NCBI GenBank assembly: GCA_902799245.1
Contig: CADBZY010000007.1
Span: 22,367 to 86,366 of the forward strand
Length of the DNA stretch: 64,000 nucleotides
Direction: 5' to 3'
Origin: an uncultured Ruminococcus sp.
GTDB lineage: Bacteria; Bacillota; Clostridia; Oscillospirales; Acutalibacteraceae
Position 1 is the stretch's first letter. Each line of letters begins with the position of its first letter. Of the stretch, positions 52,303-62,222 are shown piece by piece. The position numbers and the translations under genes were made by a program. The notes beneath the pieces were generated by a model, which saw only the letters and a list, made by a program, of their open reading frames with translations, was not told the DNA's origin and searched no databases.

Positions 52303-52491
52303 TCCAGTCCCTCCTTTACAATCAACTTAAACCTTACAGGATAATACCCCATTTAAATCAATCTATATTATAAGGTATTTTTTTGAGTTTGTAAAGAGAA
52401 AAATCATTAAATTTTTTCTAATTATATAGTTTTTTTTGGATCGAATTGTAAAATTTTCATTTTCCTACGCGTAATAGGACGATACAAAACA

Positions 52492-53610
52492 TTAACCCAC
52501 AGGCACACCGTCAAGATCGTCACTGCTTTCATCCGCAGCCAATGACGAAGAAACAGGCGGAGCGGCTGTTGTCGTGGTGGTGGTGGTATTCTTGGTTGTT
52601 GTGGTTGTGATGGTGGCGGTAGTGTCAGTTGTCGTCGTTGTGGTTGTCGTGGTTTTGGACGAGGAAGTGGTTGACTGCTCGCTGAAATAGGGATTGCCCG
52701 CAGACCATTCATCAGAGGGATCCCAGCCGCTGTATTTGGCACCGGTCTTTCTCTTGGGAACGCCGGCGCCCTTCGGTCCGGATTCCCATACGACGTGCAC
52801 CTGCGTGCCGATGGGGCAGTTGTCAAAAATCCACTTGCAGTCTCTGACACACATTCTGATGCAGCCGTGCGAAACCGCTTTGCCTAAATTGTTGTAGGAA
52901 GCGTTGTAAAGTGTGTCAGGTTTTTGCTTGTCGTAAGGAACCGAGTGGAAAAGATAGCTGGAACCGATGCTGCTGCTGTACTGACCATAGCACGGCCCCA
53001 TCAGCAGGCGCCATCTGTATTTTGCCCTGATTTTGTACATGCCCTTGCGAGTCGGAGTGGAGCTTTTTCCGGTCGATACGGTGAATGCCTTGATAATCAC
53101 GTTGTAAGCGCCGGAATTATCCTTGCCGTATACGACGGCAGACTGGCTGCCGGTGTAGACGACTATATAATATTTGGATTTGTAGTCGGGATCCTTTATG
53201 TATTCCACGTTTTTGGATTCATCGTCGGGAACACTTGCTTCCGTCGTCTTTGTTGCGTCCGCCTTTGACTCTGCTTTTGCATTGTTGGAGGAAGTTGTTC
53301 TGGTGGTTGCAGCGGTGGATGAAGCACTGGAAGTCGCCGTGCTGGAAGTGGCCGTGGTATTGTTATTCCTGCTGTTATTATTATCATTGTTGTTGTTGTT
53401 GACAGTCTTGTTGCCCAATACATTTTTTGTATTGATTTTGTTTATTTTCAGGCCGTTGTCCGACTTGTCAGCGGAAATCTTTGCCGACACTTCCTCCTCG
53501 ATGGTGGAAAGTTGTTTCCCGAAGCTGTCAAATCCGGTGAAAAACACGGTGCATGAGATGAGCATACATGAGATAAGAATGGTTATCAGTCTGGAATAAT
53601 GACTTTTCAT
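52492..53610 (-). CDS. L,D-transpeptidase (YkuD domain) with a poly-Thr linker
   Basis: Catalytic motif SHGCIRM; AGGAGG ribosome-binding site. Confidence 0.75.
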   Translation of the reverse strand: MKSHYSRLITILISCMLISCTVFFTGFDSFGKQLSTIEEEVSAKISADKSDNGLKINKINTKNVLGNKTVNNNNNDNNNSRNNNTTATSSTATSSASSTAATTRTTSSNNAKAESKADATKTTEASVPDDESKNVEYIKDPDYKSKYYIVVYTGSQSAVVYGKDNSGAYNVIIKAFTVSTGKSSTPTRKGMYKIRAKYRWRLLMGPCYGQYSSSIGSSYLFHSVPYDKQKPDTLYNASYNNLGKAVSHGCIRMCVRDCKWIFDNCPIGTQVHVVWESGPKGAGVPKRKTGAKYSGWDPSDEWSAGNPYFSEQSTTSSSKTTTTTTTTTDTTATITTTTTKNTTTTTTTAAPPVSSSLAADESSDDLDGVPVG

Positions 53611-53873
53611 TGCGAAAACCTCCTGTTCCTTTGGTTAACATGGAAAAAATATATGATAACTTTTTATACATATATTATAATAATTCGTTTTTCGTGTCAA
53701 TAGGGAATCTTCATTTGTAATATTTATGATGGAATTGAAACAAAAACCGCGGCATGATTGTTAATTTTATGTCAATATTTGGATGCGCGTATCCAAGAAA
53801 TCCCCGAAAACGACGTGCTTTCGGGGGTGCGAAGCGATTTTTCAAAAAAAATAAAAAAAAATTAAAAAAACTC

Positions 53874-53902
53874 TTGACATTTCAAAAACAGTGTGGTAAT
53901 AT
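53874..53902 (+). promoter_or_regulatory. promoter of the 5S rRNA gene with an upstream A-rich UP-like element
   Basis: TTGACA, 17 bp, TGGTAATAT. Confidence 0.55.
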
Positions 53903-53943
53903 ATTGAAGTCGTCACGGAGAGCTGCGGCGAAGCAAAAAAATA

Positions 53944-54059
<116 letters not shown>

Positions 54060-54064
54060 ATCAA

Positions 54065-54100
54065 GCCAATCTGTCCAATAGGACGGTTGGCTTTTTTTGT
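54065..54100 (+). terminator. terminator after the 5S rRNA gene
   Basis: AGCCAA...TTGGCT followed by T7. Confidence 0.65.
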
Positions 54101-54146
54101 TTCTTATCGGTTTTTTTTCAAAAATGTTTTAACATACGAATATGCA

Positions 54147-54196
54147 AAACCTGCCGCGCCCTGATCTTGCGACCAGACGCGGCAGGTTATTTTTTC
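54147..54196. terminator. bidirectional terminator (serves the minus-strand GNAT gene)
   Basis: ACCTGCCGCG...CGCGGCAGGT with a flanking A-run and T-run. Confidence 0.65.
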
Positions 54197-54208
54197 AAAA
54201 TATCATTC

Positions 54209-54946
54209 TCAGTACACAAATCCGCCTGTCGTCAGGAAACCGAATTTCGCGTAGAAATCGTGCAATGACGGCATACACATCAGATATACATCTCTGTCGG
54301 CGCATCTGTCCAGCAGGGCATTGACAACCTTGCCGGCGTAGCCCTTGCCGCGCTTGTCCGGCACACAGGCACAGATGGTCAGCAGTGCGGTGCCGGGAGA
54401 GATATGAACCGCTCCGCAGGCAGCGGGCATTCCGTCGGCGCGGACGATCGCGGAAAGAACGGTTTTGGCCTTTTTGCGGTAGATCATGTCGCTGTAGAAG
54501 TCGTCAAAGCGCGGCACTTCAAAGCCGGTGCCGGCACACTCCTCCATCACGGCGTAAACGTCGGATATTTCCGGATTAATCTCCGCGTCGGAGGATGACA
54601 CGACGTTTTTTCTCTTGGCCAGACGCATAACAAGGCCGTTGGCGGTTTCCCCTTCGCGTGCAGGGCGAAGCGCTCCGATGTAGCCCATATTGGCCTGAAT
54701 AAAGCAGTCCAGCTCCTCTTCGTCATATTTTCCCTTGGCGCATACCGTCATAGCCGTGTCAAGCCTTGAAATGACCGCGGTGATGGAACCGTCGGCGCTG
54801 TCGCCTTCGTGCTGCGTCCAGAACTGCGCAAAAGGCTTGTCTGTGCCGTAAGCCAGCATGGCCGCCAGTATGCGGCAGCCGAAGGGATCGCCCTGACAAT
54901 ATTCCTTGGCAGCTTCAAAGCTGTCCTGATTGATCATCTTAATCAT
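54209..54946 (-). CDS. GNAT-family N-acetyltransferase
   Basis: C-terminal acetyl-CoA fold (GKGYAGKVVNALL); AAGGTGG ribosome-binding site. Confidence 0.65.
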   Translation of the reverse strand: MIKMINQDSFEAAKEYCQGDPFGCRILAAMLAYGTDKPFAQFWTQHEGDSADGSITAVISRLDTAMTVCAKGKYDEEELDCFIQANMGYIGALRPAREGETANGLVMRLAKRKNVVSSSDAEINPEISDVYAVMEECAGTGFEVPRFDDFYSDMIYRKKAKTVLSAIVRADGMPAACGAVHISPGTALLTICACVPDKRGKGYAGKVVNALLDRCADRDVYLMCMPSLHDFYAKFGFLTTGGFVY

Positions 54947-55016
54947 AGGATCTGTCCACCTTTTATTGATAAATTTTCTGTCCTAATATTACGATTTGTT
55001 GATTCTTATATATGTT

Positions 55017-55787
55017 TTACAAAACATACCGATCTATAAAATCAGAAATGGAATCCGTATCGTTGTTTCCGATCACAATATTCGCGTGAAGCTTGACATC
55101 ATCGACAGCGTTATCCATGGCAACTCCCACGCCGCAGATCTCGAGCATTTCCACATCCACGAAATCATCGCCGAACGCGATCATTTCCTCCGCCGGAATA
55201 CCGGTGCTGCTCACCACATGCTTCAGCGCGTCACCCTTGGAGACGTTGGCTTTGGAAAACTTGAACCAGTCGCAGTCGGAGAATGCCAGCCATGAGCAGT
55301 TGTCCACCAAACCGGACGTTTTCTCGGCAAATGCCGTATCAGTGCCCTCAATGCATATCTTGTAGGAACGGCGGCGGAAATCCCCGTAAGCCGTGTAGAC
55401 CATTCCCGGCATGTTGTAAAACGGAATATGACGGTTGGAATAAGTGACGTCCTCGCAGTCCACGGTGATGCCGCGCTGCTCCGCAACGCCTGCGCCGACA
55501 AGGATCGATGTTTCCTCCGCGGTAAATCCGCATTGGTAAATCACCGTTCCGCGGAGCCGCACCAGTGCGCCGCTGTTGGAAATCAACAGATCGGGCTGAA
55601 TGGCGTCCGCAAACGGCTGGCAGGTCGGCTCACTTCGCGCGGTCGCCACGCCGATGAGGATGCCCTTTTTGCGGCATTCGGCAATCGCTTTCATATTGCG
55701 CTGCGAAATCTGCTTCTTGCTGTCGAGCAGTGTCCCGTCGAGATCAAAGAGCAGCAGACGCGGCTTGATTTTCAGTCTGAAATCCAT
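55017..55787 (-). CDS. Cof-type HAD-IIB hydrolase
   Basis: LLLFDLDGTLL motif. ATG at 55787, 11 nt after the upstream stop; the track's longer start is a TTG. Confidence 0.75.
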   Translation of the reverse strand: MDFRLKIKPRLLLFDLDGTLLDSKKQISQRNMKAIAECRKKGILIGVATARSEPTCQPFADAIQPDLLISNSGALVRLRGTVIYQCGFTAEETSILVGAGVAEQRGITVDCEDVTYSNRHIPFYNMPGMVYTAYGDFRRRSYKICIEGTDTAFAEKTSGLVDNCSWLAFSDCDWFKFSKANVSKGDALKHVVSSTGIPAEEMIAFGDDFVDVEMLEICGVGVAMDNAVDDVKLHANIVIGNNDTDSISDFIDRYVL

Positions 55788-55798
55788 AAATAGAATAA

Positions 55799-56827
55799 TT
55801 ACTTGTTCATAGCGGCCTTCTGAGCGAGTGCGCAAACCAGCTCACAGACGGCATTCAGATCGTTTTCGGAAATAACGCCGCAGGGGGAGTGGAGGTATCT
55901 GCAAGGCAGCGAAATCGCGGCTGTCCTGACGCCCGATCGGCTGTTGTGGATGGATCCGGCGTCGTTTCCGCCGGTGACGCCTTTTTTGAACTGCCACTTG
56001 ATGCCGCGGTCGCCCGCGATTCTCTGGCACATCTTCAACAGTCCTCTGTCGTAGATGGTGGTTCTGTCCATGAAGGAAACGACCGCGCCTTCGCCCACTT
56101 TGCAGACCTTGCTGCATTCGTCAACGCCCGGGATGTCGGCTGCCGTGGTGGATTCCACAACGATGGCCATATCCGGCGCAAGGCTGAATGCAGCGCATTT
56201 GGCGCCTCGCAGTCCGACTTCCTCCATCGTGGAGAATACAAAATACAGATCACATTCCAGGTCGCGTTTGAGTATCTCCATCAGAATAGCGCATCCCGCG
56301 CGGTCGTCAAGCGCCTTGCCTTTCAGCAGACCGTCGCCGAATTCACCGAAAGAGGTGTCAAATACCGCATAGTCACCCGGTAAAACTTTCTGCAGGGCTT
56401 CCAGCTTGTTAAGCGCTCCGATGTCGATGTACATATCTTTTGCTTCCGGCGCCTTTGCGACCTCGTCATCCTCCAGCAGATGAATCGGCTTGGCGCCGAT
56501 GACGCCGGGCAGCTTCTCCTCACCTACGAGAACCGGCGTGCCGCAGAGCACGCGCGCGTCAATGCCGCCCACTGTGGCGAATTTCAGCAGTCCGTTCTCC
56601 GCAATATCGGTGATGATCAGTCCCACCTCGTCCATGTGGGCGCATATCATCAGCTTGTTTTCGGGTGTGTTCTTTCCCTTTTTGAATGCGATGACCGAAC
56701 CGGTGCTGTTCACGTTCACCTCGTCGCAGTAGGGTTTTATTTCTTTTATAATAAACTCTCTTACCTCGTCCTCCACGCCGGAAACGCCGTGAAGCTCCGA
56801 GAGCTTTGCAAGTGTGTCACGAAGCAT
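55799..56827 (-). CDS. M42-family aminopeptidase (FrvX/YsdC-like)
   Basis: Full-length M42 similarity; AAGGGAG ribosome-binding site. Confidence 0.8.
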   Translation of the reverse strand: MLRDTLAKLSELHGVSGVEDEVREFIIKEIKPYCDEVNVNSTGSVIAFKKGKNTPENKLMICAHMDEVGLIITDIAENGLLKFATVGGIDARVLCGTPVLVGEEKLPGVIGAKPIHLLEDDEVAKAPEAKDMYIDIGALNKLEALQKVLPGDYAVFDTSFGEFGDGLLKGKALDDRAGCAILMEILKRDLECDLYFVFSTMEEVGLRGAKCAAFSLAPDMAIVVESTTAADIPGVDECSKVCKVGEGAVVSFMDRTTIYDRGLLKMCQRIAGDRGIKWQFKKGVTGGNDAGSIHNSRSGVRTAAISLPCRYLHSPCGVISENDLNAVCELVCALAQKAAMNK

Positions 56828-57099
56828 ATTTTTTCTCCCTTCTTGTAATGCAGTTGGCGGATTGGTAATCGTGGAAATTGGTTGAGATAGGTGTGGTGGC
56901 GCCTTTTATGAAGCGAGGTTGTTCTTCGGTCGGGACAGGGGAAAATTGCCGGTATTCGCCTGTCCCTTTCGCGTGTTCGGGTGCGTCTTGCTCGCTCAGC
57001 CAAAGGCTTCGCTCGTGAAGGCTTTGCCCTCACGCAGGGCTCCAGACCCCTGCACACCGCGCTCGCTAATTATGTGCTATGCGTACTTTTTCTTCATCT

Positions 57100-57128
57100 G
57101 CTACCTTCTACCTTCTACCTTCTACCTT
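57100..57128 (-). repeat. tandem heptamers AGGTAGA x3 plus AGGTAGC immediately after the stop of the upstream M42 gene
   Basis: Plus-strand sequence CTACCTTCTACCTTCTACCTTCTACCTT. Confidence 0.8.
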
Positions 57129-58157
57129 TTATTTTATTCCGCCGCTTCTTATGTACGCGGCGAGCAGCTGTGCGGTTTTCTCCACGTCATCACAGTCCAC
57201 TGTTTCCACGGGAGTATGCATATTTCTTATCGCAACCGACAAAAGCCCGCAGGGAATGCCGCCGGCTGTTACGGCGATGTCATCGGCATTGGTGCCGGTT
57301 CTGCCGCCGCCGACGTCATACTGCCACTTGATGCCCTGTTCATCCGCGATGGACGTCAGCTTTTTGGTGATCTGCCGGCTGAGCACCGGATAAAAGCCGA
57401 TCATCGGGCCTTCGCCGAGCTTGCCGCACATTTCGTCAGGGCATCCCGGATACTGTCCGAATCCCGTATCCACGACAATGGCCTGTGTGGGAGCGACAGT
57501 GAATGCTGCGCAGCCCGCCGCGAGATGACCGACTTCTTCACGTGTGGACAGCAGCGCGGTCACATGGTAATCGAGTCTGGCACATTTGGGTTCGAGAAGC
57601 TCCACTGTGCGGATAATGACAGCGGCGCCCGCGCGGTTGTCCAGTGCCTTGCCGGAAATTCTGCTGCCCAGCAGGGAAGCGGGTCTGCTTCTGAAAGCGA
57701 TACGGGTTCCGATGGGCACAAGCTCTCTGGCCTTGTCGGCGGAATAACCTATATCAACCGCCATATCCCTGAAATCGGGAACTTTGGAAACATCTTCCCC
57801 GCGTGTCAGGTGAGGAGGACGGCAGCAGATCACGCCGTTGATTTTGTTTTTGCTCATGACGCAGACTTCGCTGCCCATCAGAACGCGACGGTCGACGCCG
57901 CCGCAGCGTGCCACATGGAGAAATCCGTCATTGTCAATATCGGTGACAACAAGTCCGATCTCGTCGATATGCGCATCAATGAGTATATGATTGGGGGAAT
58001 TCAGATCACCCAGCTCCGCCATGACGTTGCCCATCGAATCGCGTACGACCGAGGTGTAATCCGAAAGCAGTTCCATTGCCAGCCGGGCGGCGGAACCTTC
58101 CGCGCCCGAGGGGCCGTTCGCGTTGGATAGCCCCAGTATGATGTCTTTTACAGCCAT
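57129..58157 (-). CDS. M42-family aminopeptidase (second tandem copy)
   Basis: ATG at 58157 (MAVKDII) with a GAGGAG ribosome-binding site. Confidence 0.8.
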   Translation of the reverse strand: MAVKDIILGLSNANGPSGAEGSAARLAMELLSDYTSVVRDSMGNVMAELGDLNSPNHILIDAHIDEIGLVVTDIDNDGFLHVARCGGVDRRVLMGSEVCVMSKNKINGVICCRPPHLTRGEDVSKVPDFRDMAVDIGYSADKARELVPIGTRIAFRSRPASLLGSRISGKALDNRAGAAVIIRTVELLEPKCARLDYHVTALLSTREEVGHLAAGCAAFTVAPTQAIVVDTGFGQYPGCPDEMCGKLGEGPMIGFYPVLSRQITKKLTSIADEQGIKWQYDVGGGRTGTNADDIAVTAGGIPCGLLSVAIRNMHTPVETVDCDDVEKTAQLLAAYIRSGGIK

Positions 58158-58220
58158 ATATCTTCTCCTCAAAATTTATATTTTATTCATTTCAGCGCTG
58201 CGGGCGCTCCGAAATTATTA

Positions 58221-58273
58221 TCTATTATTTATTCTCTATTCACTATTCACTTAGCGAGCGAACGCGAGCGCCT
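58221..58273 (-). repeat. post-stop element (minus orientation): GCGCTCGCGTTCGCTCGCTA followed by AGTGAAT-like heptamers
   Basis: Homologous to 29462..29520. Confidence 0.7.
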
Positions 58274-58810
58274 TTAGCCTACCGCGTCGAGCTTGACGGC
58301 GCAGAATACGTAATTGCCTGTGCCGTAATAGACAAGGTATTCGTCATCCACAATGAATACCGTATCAATGAGAGCGTTGCCGTCTTCGCTGTAAACTTCG
58401 ATTTTGGTGATGGATGCGTTGTCGCTGAATTCTTCCATAATGCCTTCGCTCTCCATCTCCTGTTCGTCCATGGCTTTTGTGCCGCAGTTTTTCTCCATTT
58501 TGTAGGAAGGATTGCTGATGCTCCCAACCCGGTTGGTGCAGTAAACGCCGTAGGTCATGGTGACGCCGAAGTCATTTTCGTCCGCGAGCGCTTCATCCTC
58601 TGTCAGATCGGCTGTCCTTGGGGACTGGAGCACATGGCTGTCGCCCGGAAGTTCCCAGCTGCCGACGTATTTTTCCGGCAAAGACCCGACAAATCCTTCC
58701 TCTTCATCTGCGGTTCTTCCCCTGGCAAACATGATGGCGGCAACGGTGAAGGCTACCACAATGATCATGCACATAACGACTATCATTGCTATACTGTTGT
58801 TTTTTCTCAT
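58274..58810 (-). CDS. membrane-anchored hypothetical protein
   Basis: N-terminal transmembrane helix; AAAGGTGA ribosome-binding site. Confidence 0.5.
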   Translation of the reverse strand: MRKNNSIAMIVVMCMIIVVAFTVAAIMFARGRTADEEEGFVGSLPEKYVGSWELPGDSHVLQSPRTADLTEDEALADENDFGVTMTYGVYCTNRVGSISNPSYKMEKNCGTKAMDEQEMESEGIMEEFSDNASITKIEVYSEDGNALIDTVFIVDDEYLVYYGTGNYVFCAVKLDAVG

Positions 58811-58875
58811 TGAATTTCACCTTTCTGAGTGATTAATTATACTAAAAACTTATGTTGAGAATCAATCATTCCCTG

Positions 58876-59610
58876 TCATTCGTCGTTTTTGTTGATACGG
58901 CGGAAATACCGATTGAGCGGCTCCGAGAAGGAATTTTGCGGCACAGCGAGCGGCAGAACCTCCAGATAGACCGCCGTGTGCTTGGAAGAAATGTGCCTGT
59001 CCTTGTGCATGGAGCCAAAAAACCAGTGCTTGTATTTCACCCTGTCGCAGAGGTCGTCGAAGAAGGCGGTGAGTGAATTGAAGTTGTTCAGGTCATTCGA
59101 GAGCAGATTCTTGACCTTGGTGGGACATTCGTGGGTGATGATGTAGTCAACCCTGAGCGAATGACGGTAAAGGGTGTTGGCCGCCTGTTCCATTTCATAC
59201 ATGGTGGGCATTTCTTCCTCCCACCAGCGCATACCGCGGCTGGTGCGAATATCCGCGTCCGGGCTGAATCCGCCGCCCATCGTGAAAACAGAATGTTCCT
59301 CGATCTGAAACACCTGTCCCCGACAGAGGTGAAATACATTGTCATTGATAACGTGGATTCTGCCTCCGCACCATTCGTCCTCCGGATAGCTGTACAATTT
59401 GTCAAAATTTTCGTGGCAGCCGTCAACAAAGAGAATCTTATATTTCTGTCTGCCCATAAACTGGAGGATTTTTTCCTCCTGACCGTCTCCGTTCCAGATA
59501 AATCCGAAATCGCCGCATATAATGAGAATATCTCCGCTGCGGAGTTTGGCAAATTGTTTTTCCTCAAAACGGGAGACCGCTCCGTGCATATCGCCTGTTA
59601 CATATATCAT
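58876..59610 (-). CDS. calcineurin-like metallophosphoesterase
   Basis: MIYVTGDMHG and GDFGF motifs. Start at 59610; the track's extension has no ribosome-binding site. Confidence 0.65.
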   Translation of the reverse strand: MIYVTGDMHGAVSRFEEKQFAKLRSGDILIICGDFGFIWNGDGQEEKILQFMGRQKYKILFVDGCHENFDKLYSYPEDEWCGGRIHVINDNVFHLCRGQVFQIEEHSVFTMGGGFSPDADIRTSRGMRWWEEEMPTMYEMEQAANTLYRHSLRVDYIITHECPTKVKNLLSNDLNNFNSLTAFFDDLCDRVKYKHWFFGSMHKDRHISSKHTAVYLEVLPLAVPQNSFSEPLNRYFRRINKNDE

Positions 59611-59800
59611 GATGAATAACGCTCCTGTCCATGACAACGGCTTATCTTTTGTATTATACATTAAAATAAGAATAAAAACAACTGTTTTTATAACTTTACT
59701 GTTAATTTACTTTTATAACACTTTTAAATTTCAAAAAGATATGATATAATAATCAGTAATTAACCTGCTATAACGATTCTATCATTAGGGGCTGAAAAAA

Positions 59801-61240
59801 TTGAGATTATCTGTTGTATTGAAGCGTGTATCATCGCTGGCTTGTGCCGTTCTGCTGGCATTCGCTTTTTTTGCCGCGCCTTCCTCGCGTCCTGCGAAGG
59901 TCAGCGCCGCGTTCCGTTCCGAATACGAGCCTGTCTGCGAGACGGCCTATATGCTCAGTATGGATACAGGCAAGGTCATTTTTGAGAAGGACGGCGACAA
60001 AAAGATGCTTCCCGCCTCGCTCACCAAGATGATGACCTGCATCATCGCCTACGAGCGCGCCGATTCTCTCGACGAAATGGTGGTTGTCGATTCCCGCGCC
60101 GTGCGATTCGTCAACTATAACAAGGAAGGCGCGACCGGCGTCTGGACAAACATCAAGGTCAACGAACGTTTTACTTTGAAGGATCTTATCTACAACGCCC
60201 TCGTTGCCTCGGAGAACTGCGCCGCGGAGGCCATCGGCTATTACATCAGCAAGCAGTACTACGGCAGCGACACCAACGAGGAATTCATTCAGTTTATGAA
60301 TGACCGCGCCACCGAGATCGGCTGCACCAATACAAAATTCAAGTGTGCGTCCGGTCTGACCACTGATTTTGAAAATCATTATTCCTCCGCGCACGATATG
60401 GCGCTGATAGCCAACCACCTGATGAATATTCCCGAGCTTGCCGAGATTGCCTATACGCCTCACTCTTACGGCATCAAACCCACCAACAAGCACGATAATG
60501 TGCAGTGGGTCGTTTCCACCAACCTGCTCATCCGCGAAGGCGAAAAGGGCGCGGACGGCACCGACTACTTCTACCAGTACTGCGAAGGCGTCAAGACGGG
60601 ATACCTCATCAAATCGGGACACTGCTTTGCCGCCTATGCCAAAAAGAACGTCGGCGGCAGGGATTACCACTACATCGCCGTGCTGATGAACGACCACGCG
60701 CCGACCGCCAAGGACAGGAATTACGCGTTTGTCGACGCGAAGAATCTCTTTGAATGGGCGTTCAACAACCTGTATATCACCGATATTTACAACACCAACG
60801 TGCCGATCACCGAAATACCTCTCAAGCTGGCGTGGAATATGGACAGCATTACCCTTGTTCCGCAGGACGATTTCAGCACTATTCTCCCCAAGGGCGTCAA
60901 GTCAACCAGCGTCAGCAAGGAGATAACATTTGTCGATGAGGTGGCGGAGGCGCCCATACGCAAGGGACAGAAGCTCGGCACCGCCGTGCTGACATACGAC
61001 GGCGAGGAGATAGGCAGAATCAACTTAGTGGCAAGCGAATCCGTCGAACGCAGCACGCTGCTTGCCATTCTCGACTGGGTCAACAATCTCTTTGCCTCGG
61101 TGATTTTCAGAATATTCCTCGTACTGGCTGTGCTGGGAGTGGCGGGCTATATCTTTGTTTCCTATTCCCGCAAGCAGAGGATGAACAGCCTCAAGAGAAG
61201 CGTTTCCCGCCGCAAGGCAACACGCAGGACATACCGCTGA
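59801..61240 (+). CDS. D-alanyl-D-alanine carboxypeptidase (PBP5/DacB-like serine peptidase)
   Basis: SLTKMMT (SxxK), SEN and KTG motifs. Signal peptide. TTG start with an AGGGG ribosome-binding site. Confidence 0.8.
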   Translation: MRLSVVLKRVSSLACAVLLAFAFFAAPSSRPAKVSAAFRSEYEPVCETAYMLSMDTGKVIFEKDGDKKMLPASLTKMMTCIIAYERADSLDEMVVVDSRAVRFVNYNKEGATGVWTNIKVNERFTLKDLIYNALVASENCAAEAIGYYISKQYYGSDTNEEFIQFMNDRATEIGCTNTKFKCASGLTTDFENHYSSAHDMALIANHLMNIPELAEIAYTPHSYGIKPTNKHDNVQWVVSTNLLIREGEKGADGTDYFYQYCEGVKTGYLIKSGHCFAAYAKKNVGGRDYHYIAVLMNDHAPTAKDRNYAFVDAKNLFEWAFNNLYITDIYNTNVPITEIPLKLAWNMDSITLVPQDDFSTILPKGVKSTSVSKEITFVDEVAEAPIRKGQKLGTAVLTYDGEEIGRINLVASESVERSTLLAILDWVNNLFASVIFRIFLVLAVLGVAGYIFVSYSRKQRMNSLKRSVSRRKATRRTYR

Positions 61241-61306
61241 TTCATCTGATTGGAAGAAAGTGATCTATTCTTTATGATAATCGTCCGGACGGGAGTGAAT
61301 GCCGTT

Positions 61307-61894
61307 ATGCCTATTAAAAAACGACTTTATTGCAGGATGTTGTGCGCTGTATTCGCCTTGCTTATGACCGTGTCCTGTCTGTCCTGCGGAGATAACAAAT
61401 CCAACGATACGACCATGACGGAAAGCCTCATTGCTTCCTACATGAATGCGTTCCGCGACTACAATATCAGCGGCATGAATAAGTGCTGCATGGTCAACCT
61501 CGATCCATACAATGACAGCGACGCCGAAGTGAAGGCTTGCAGAGCGATTGCGGAGCGCGTGGATTGGGAGAGCCTGCCGATCAGCATAGACGGGAATTCC
61601 GCGATAGCGCAGCTTAAGCTGACGGTTCCGGCGGATGTTGAAACCGTATGCGGTGCAGCTCTGAATGACACGGTGAAGGCGCTTGACGGCGGCTCGGATG
61701 ACAATTACGCCGATCTGCTCATAGCAGCGATTAAGAAGCGTGCCGGCAACGCCAAGACGGTTACGCTTTCGGTTGAAATTCATATGACGAAGGTGGACAA
61801 CAAGTGGTATATTGTCAAATCACTTGGAGTGAACCGTTTTCTTTCCGAAATAAGGACATCTGTTACGGCCGTTTTTTCGCTTATCGAAGGATAA
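61307..61894 (+). CDS. lipoprotein, hypothetical
   Basis: Signal peptide with a Cys (LSCG); GGGAG ribosome-binding site. Confidence 0.5.
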   Translation: MPIKKRLYCRMLCAVFALLMTVSCLSCGDNKSNDTTMTESLIASYMNAFRDYNISGMNKCCMVNLDPYNDSDAEVKACRAIAERVDWESLPISIDGNSAIAQLKLTVPADVETVCGAALNDTVKALDGGSDDNYADLLIAAIKKRAGNAKTVTLSVEIHMTKVDNKWYIVKSLGVNRFLSEIRTSVTAVFSLIEG

Positions 61895-62156
61895 CGTCTG
61901 TTTTGTTGATTTGCAATAATTGTTTTTAATAAAGTAAAAAATTCTATGAATGCTGCTTCTTTGTTCACAAAGTGTTATTTTTCAGTTAATCGGGTGTTCA
62001 TAAAGTGTATTTATACTTTATATCAGTAACGGGAGTCAAACGAACCTCTGTGCAGGTTTTGCGTGCGCATGTTCTTGTTTTGTCGGTTTTGAAGGTTCCG
62101 TTATGATCTGAAAATGACTACACCTACTCCTATCCCTTTTTTGATACTCTTTTCTG

Positions 62157-62203
62157 ACACAAGGCGGGCGGCAATCATGTCGTCCGCCTTGTGTCTTTTT
62201 TTA
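62157..62203 (+). terminator. intrinsic terminator in the leader of the downstream gene (attenuator candidate)
   Basis: GACACAAGGCGGGCGG...CCGCCTTGTGTC followed by T7, located 5 nt before the ribosome-binding site of the 62223 gene. Confidence 0.6.
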
Positions 62204-62222
62204 ACGAATGGAGGTACTGATT

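Noticed and set aside
62100-62222. 38-codon ORF MTTPTPIPFLILFSDTRR... spanning the leader terminator
   Set aside because: It runs through the terminator hairpin and has no ribosome-binding site. It is more likely part of a cis-regulatory leader.
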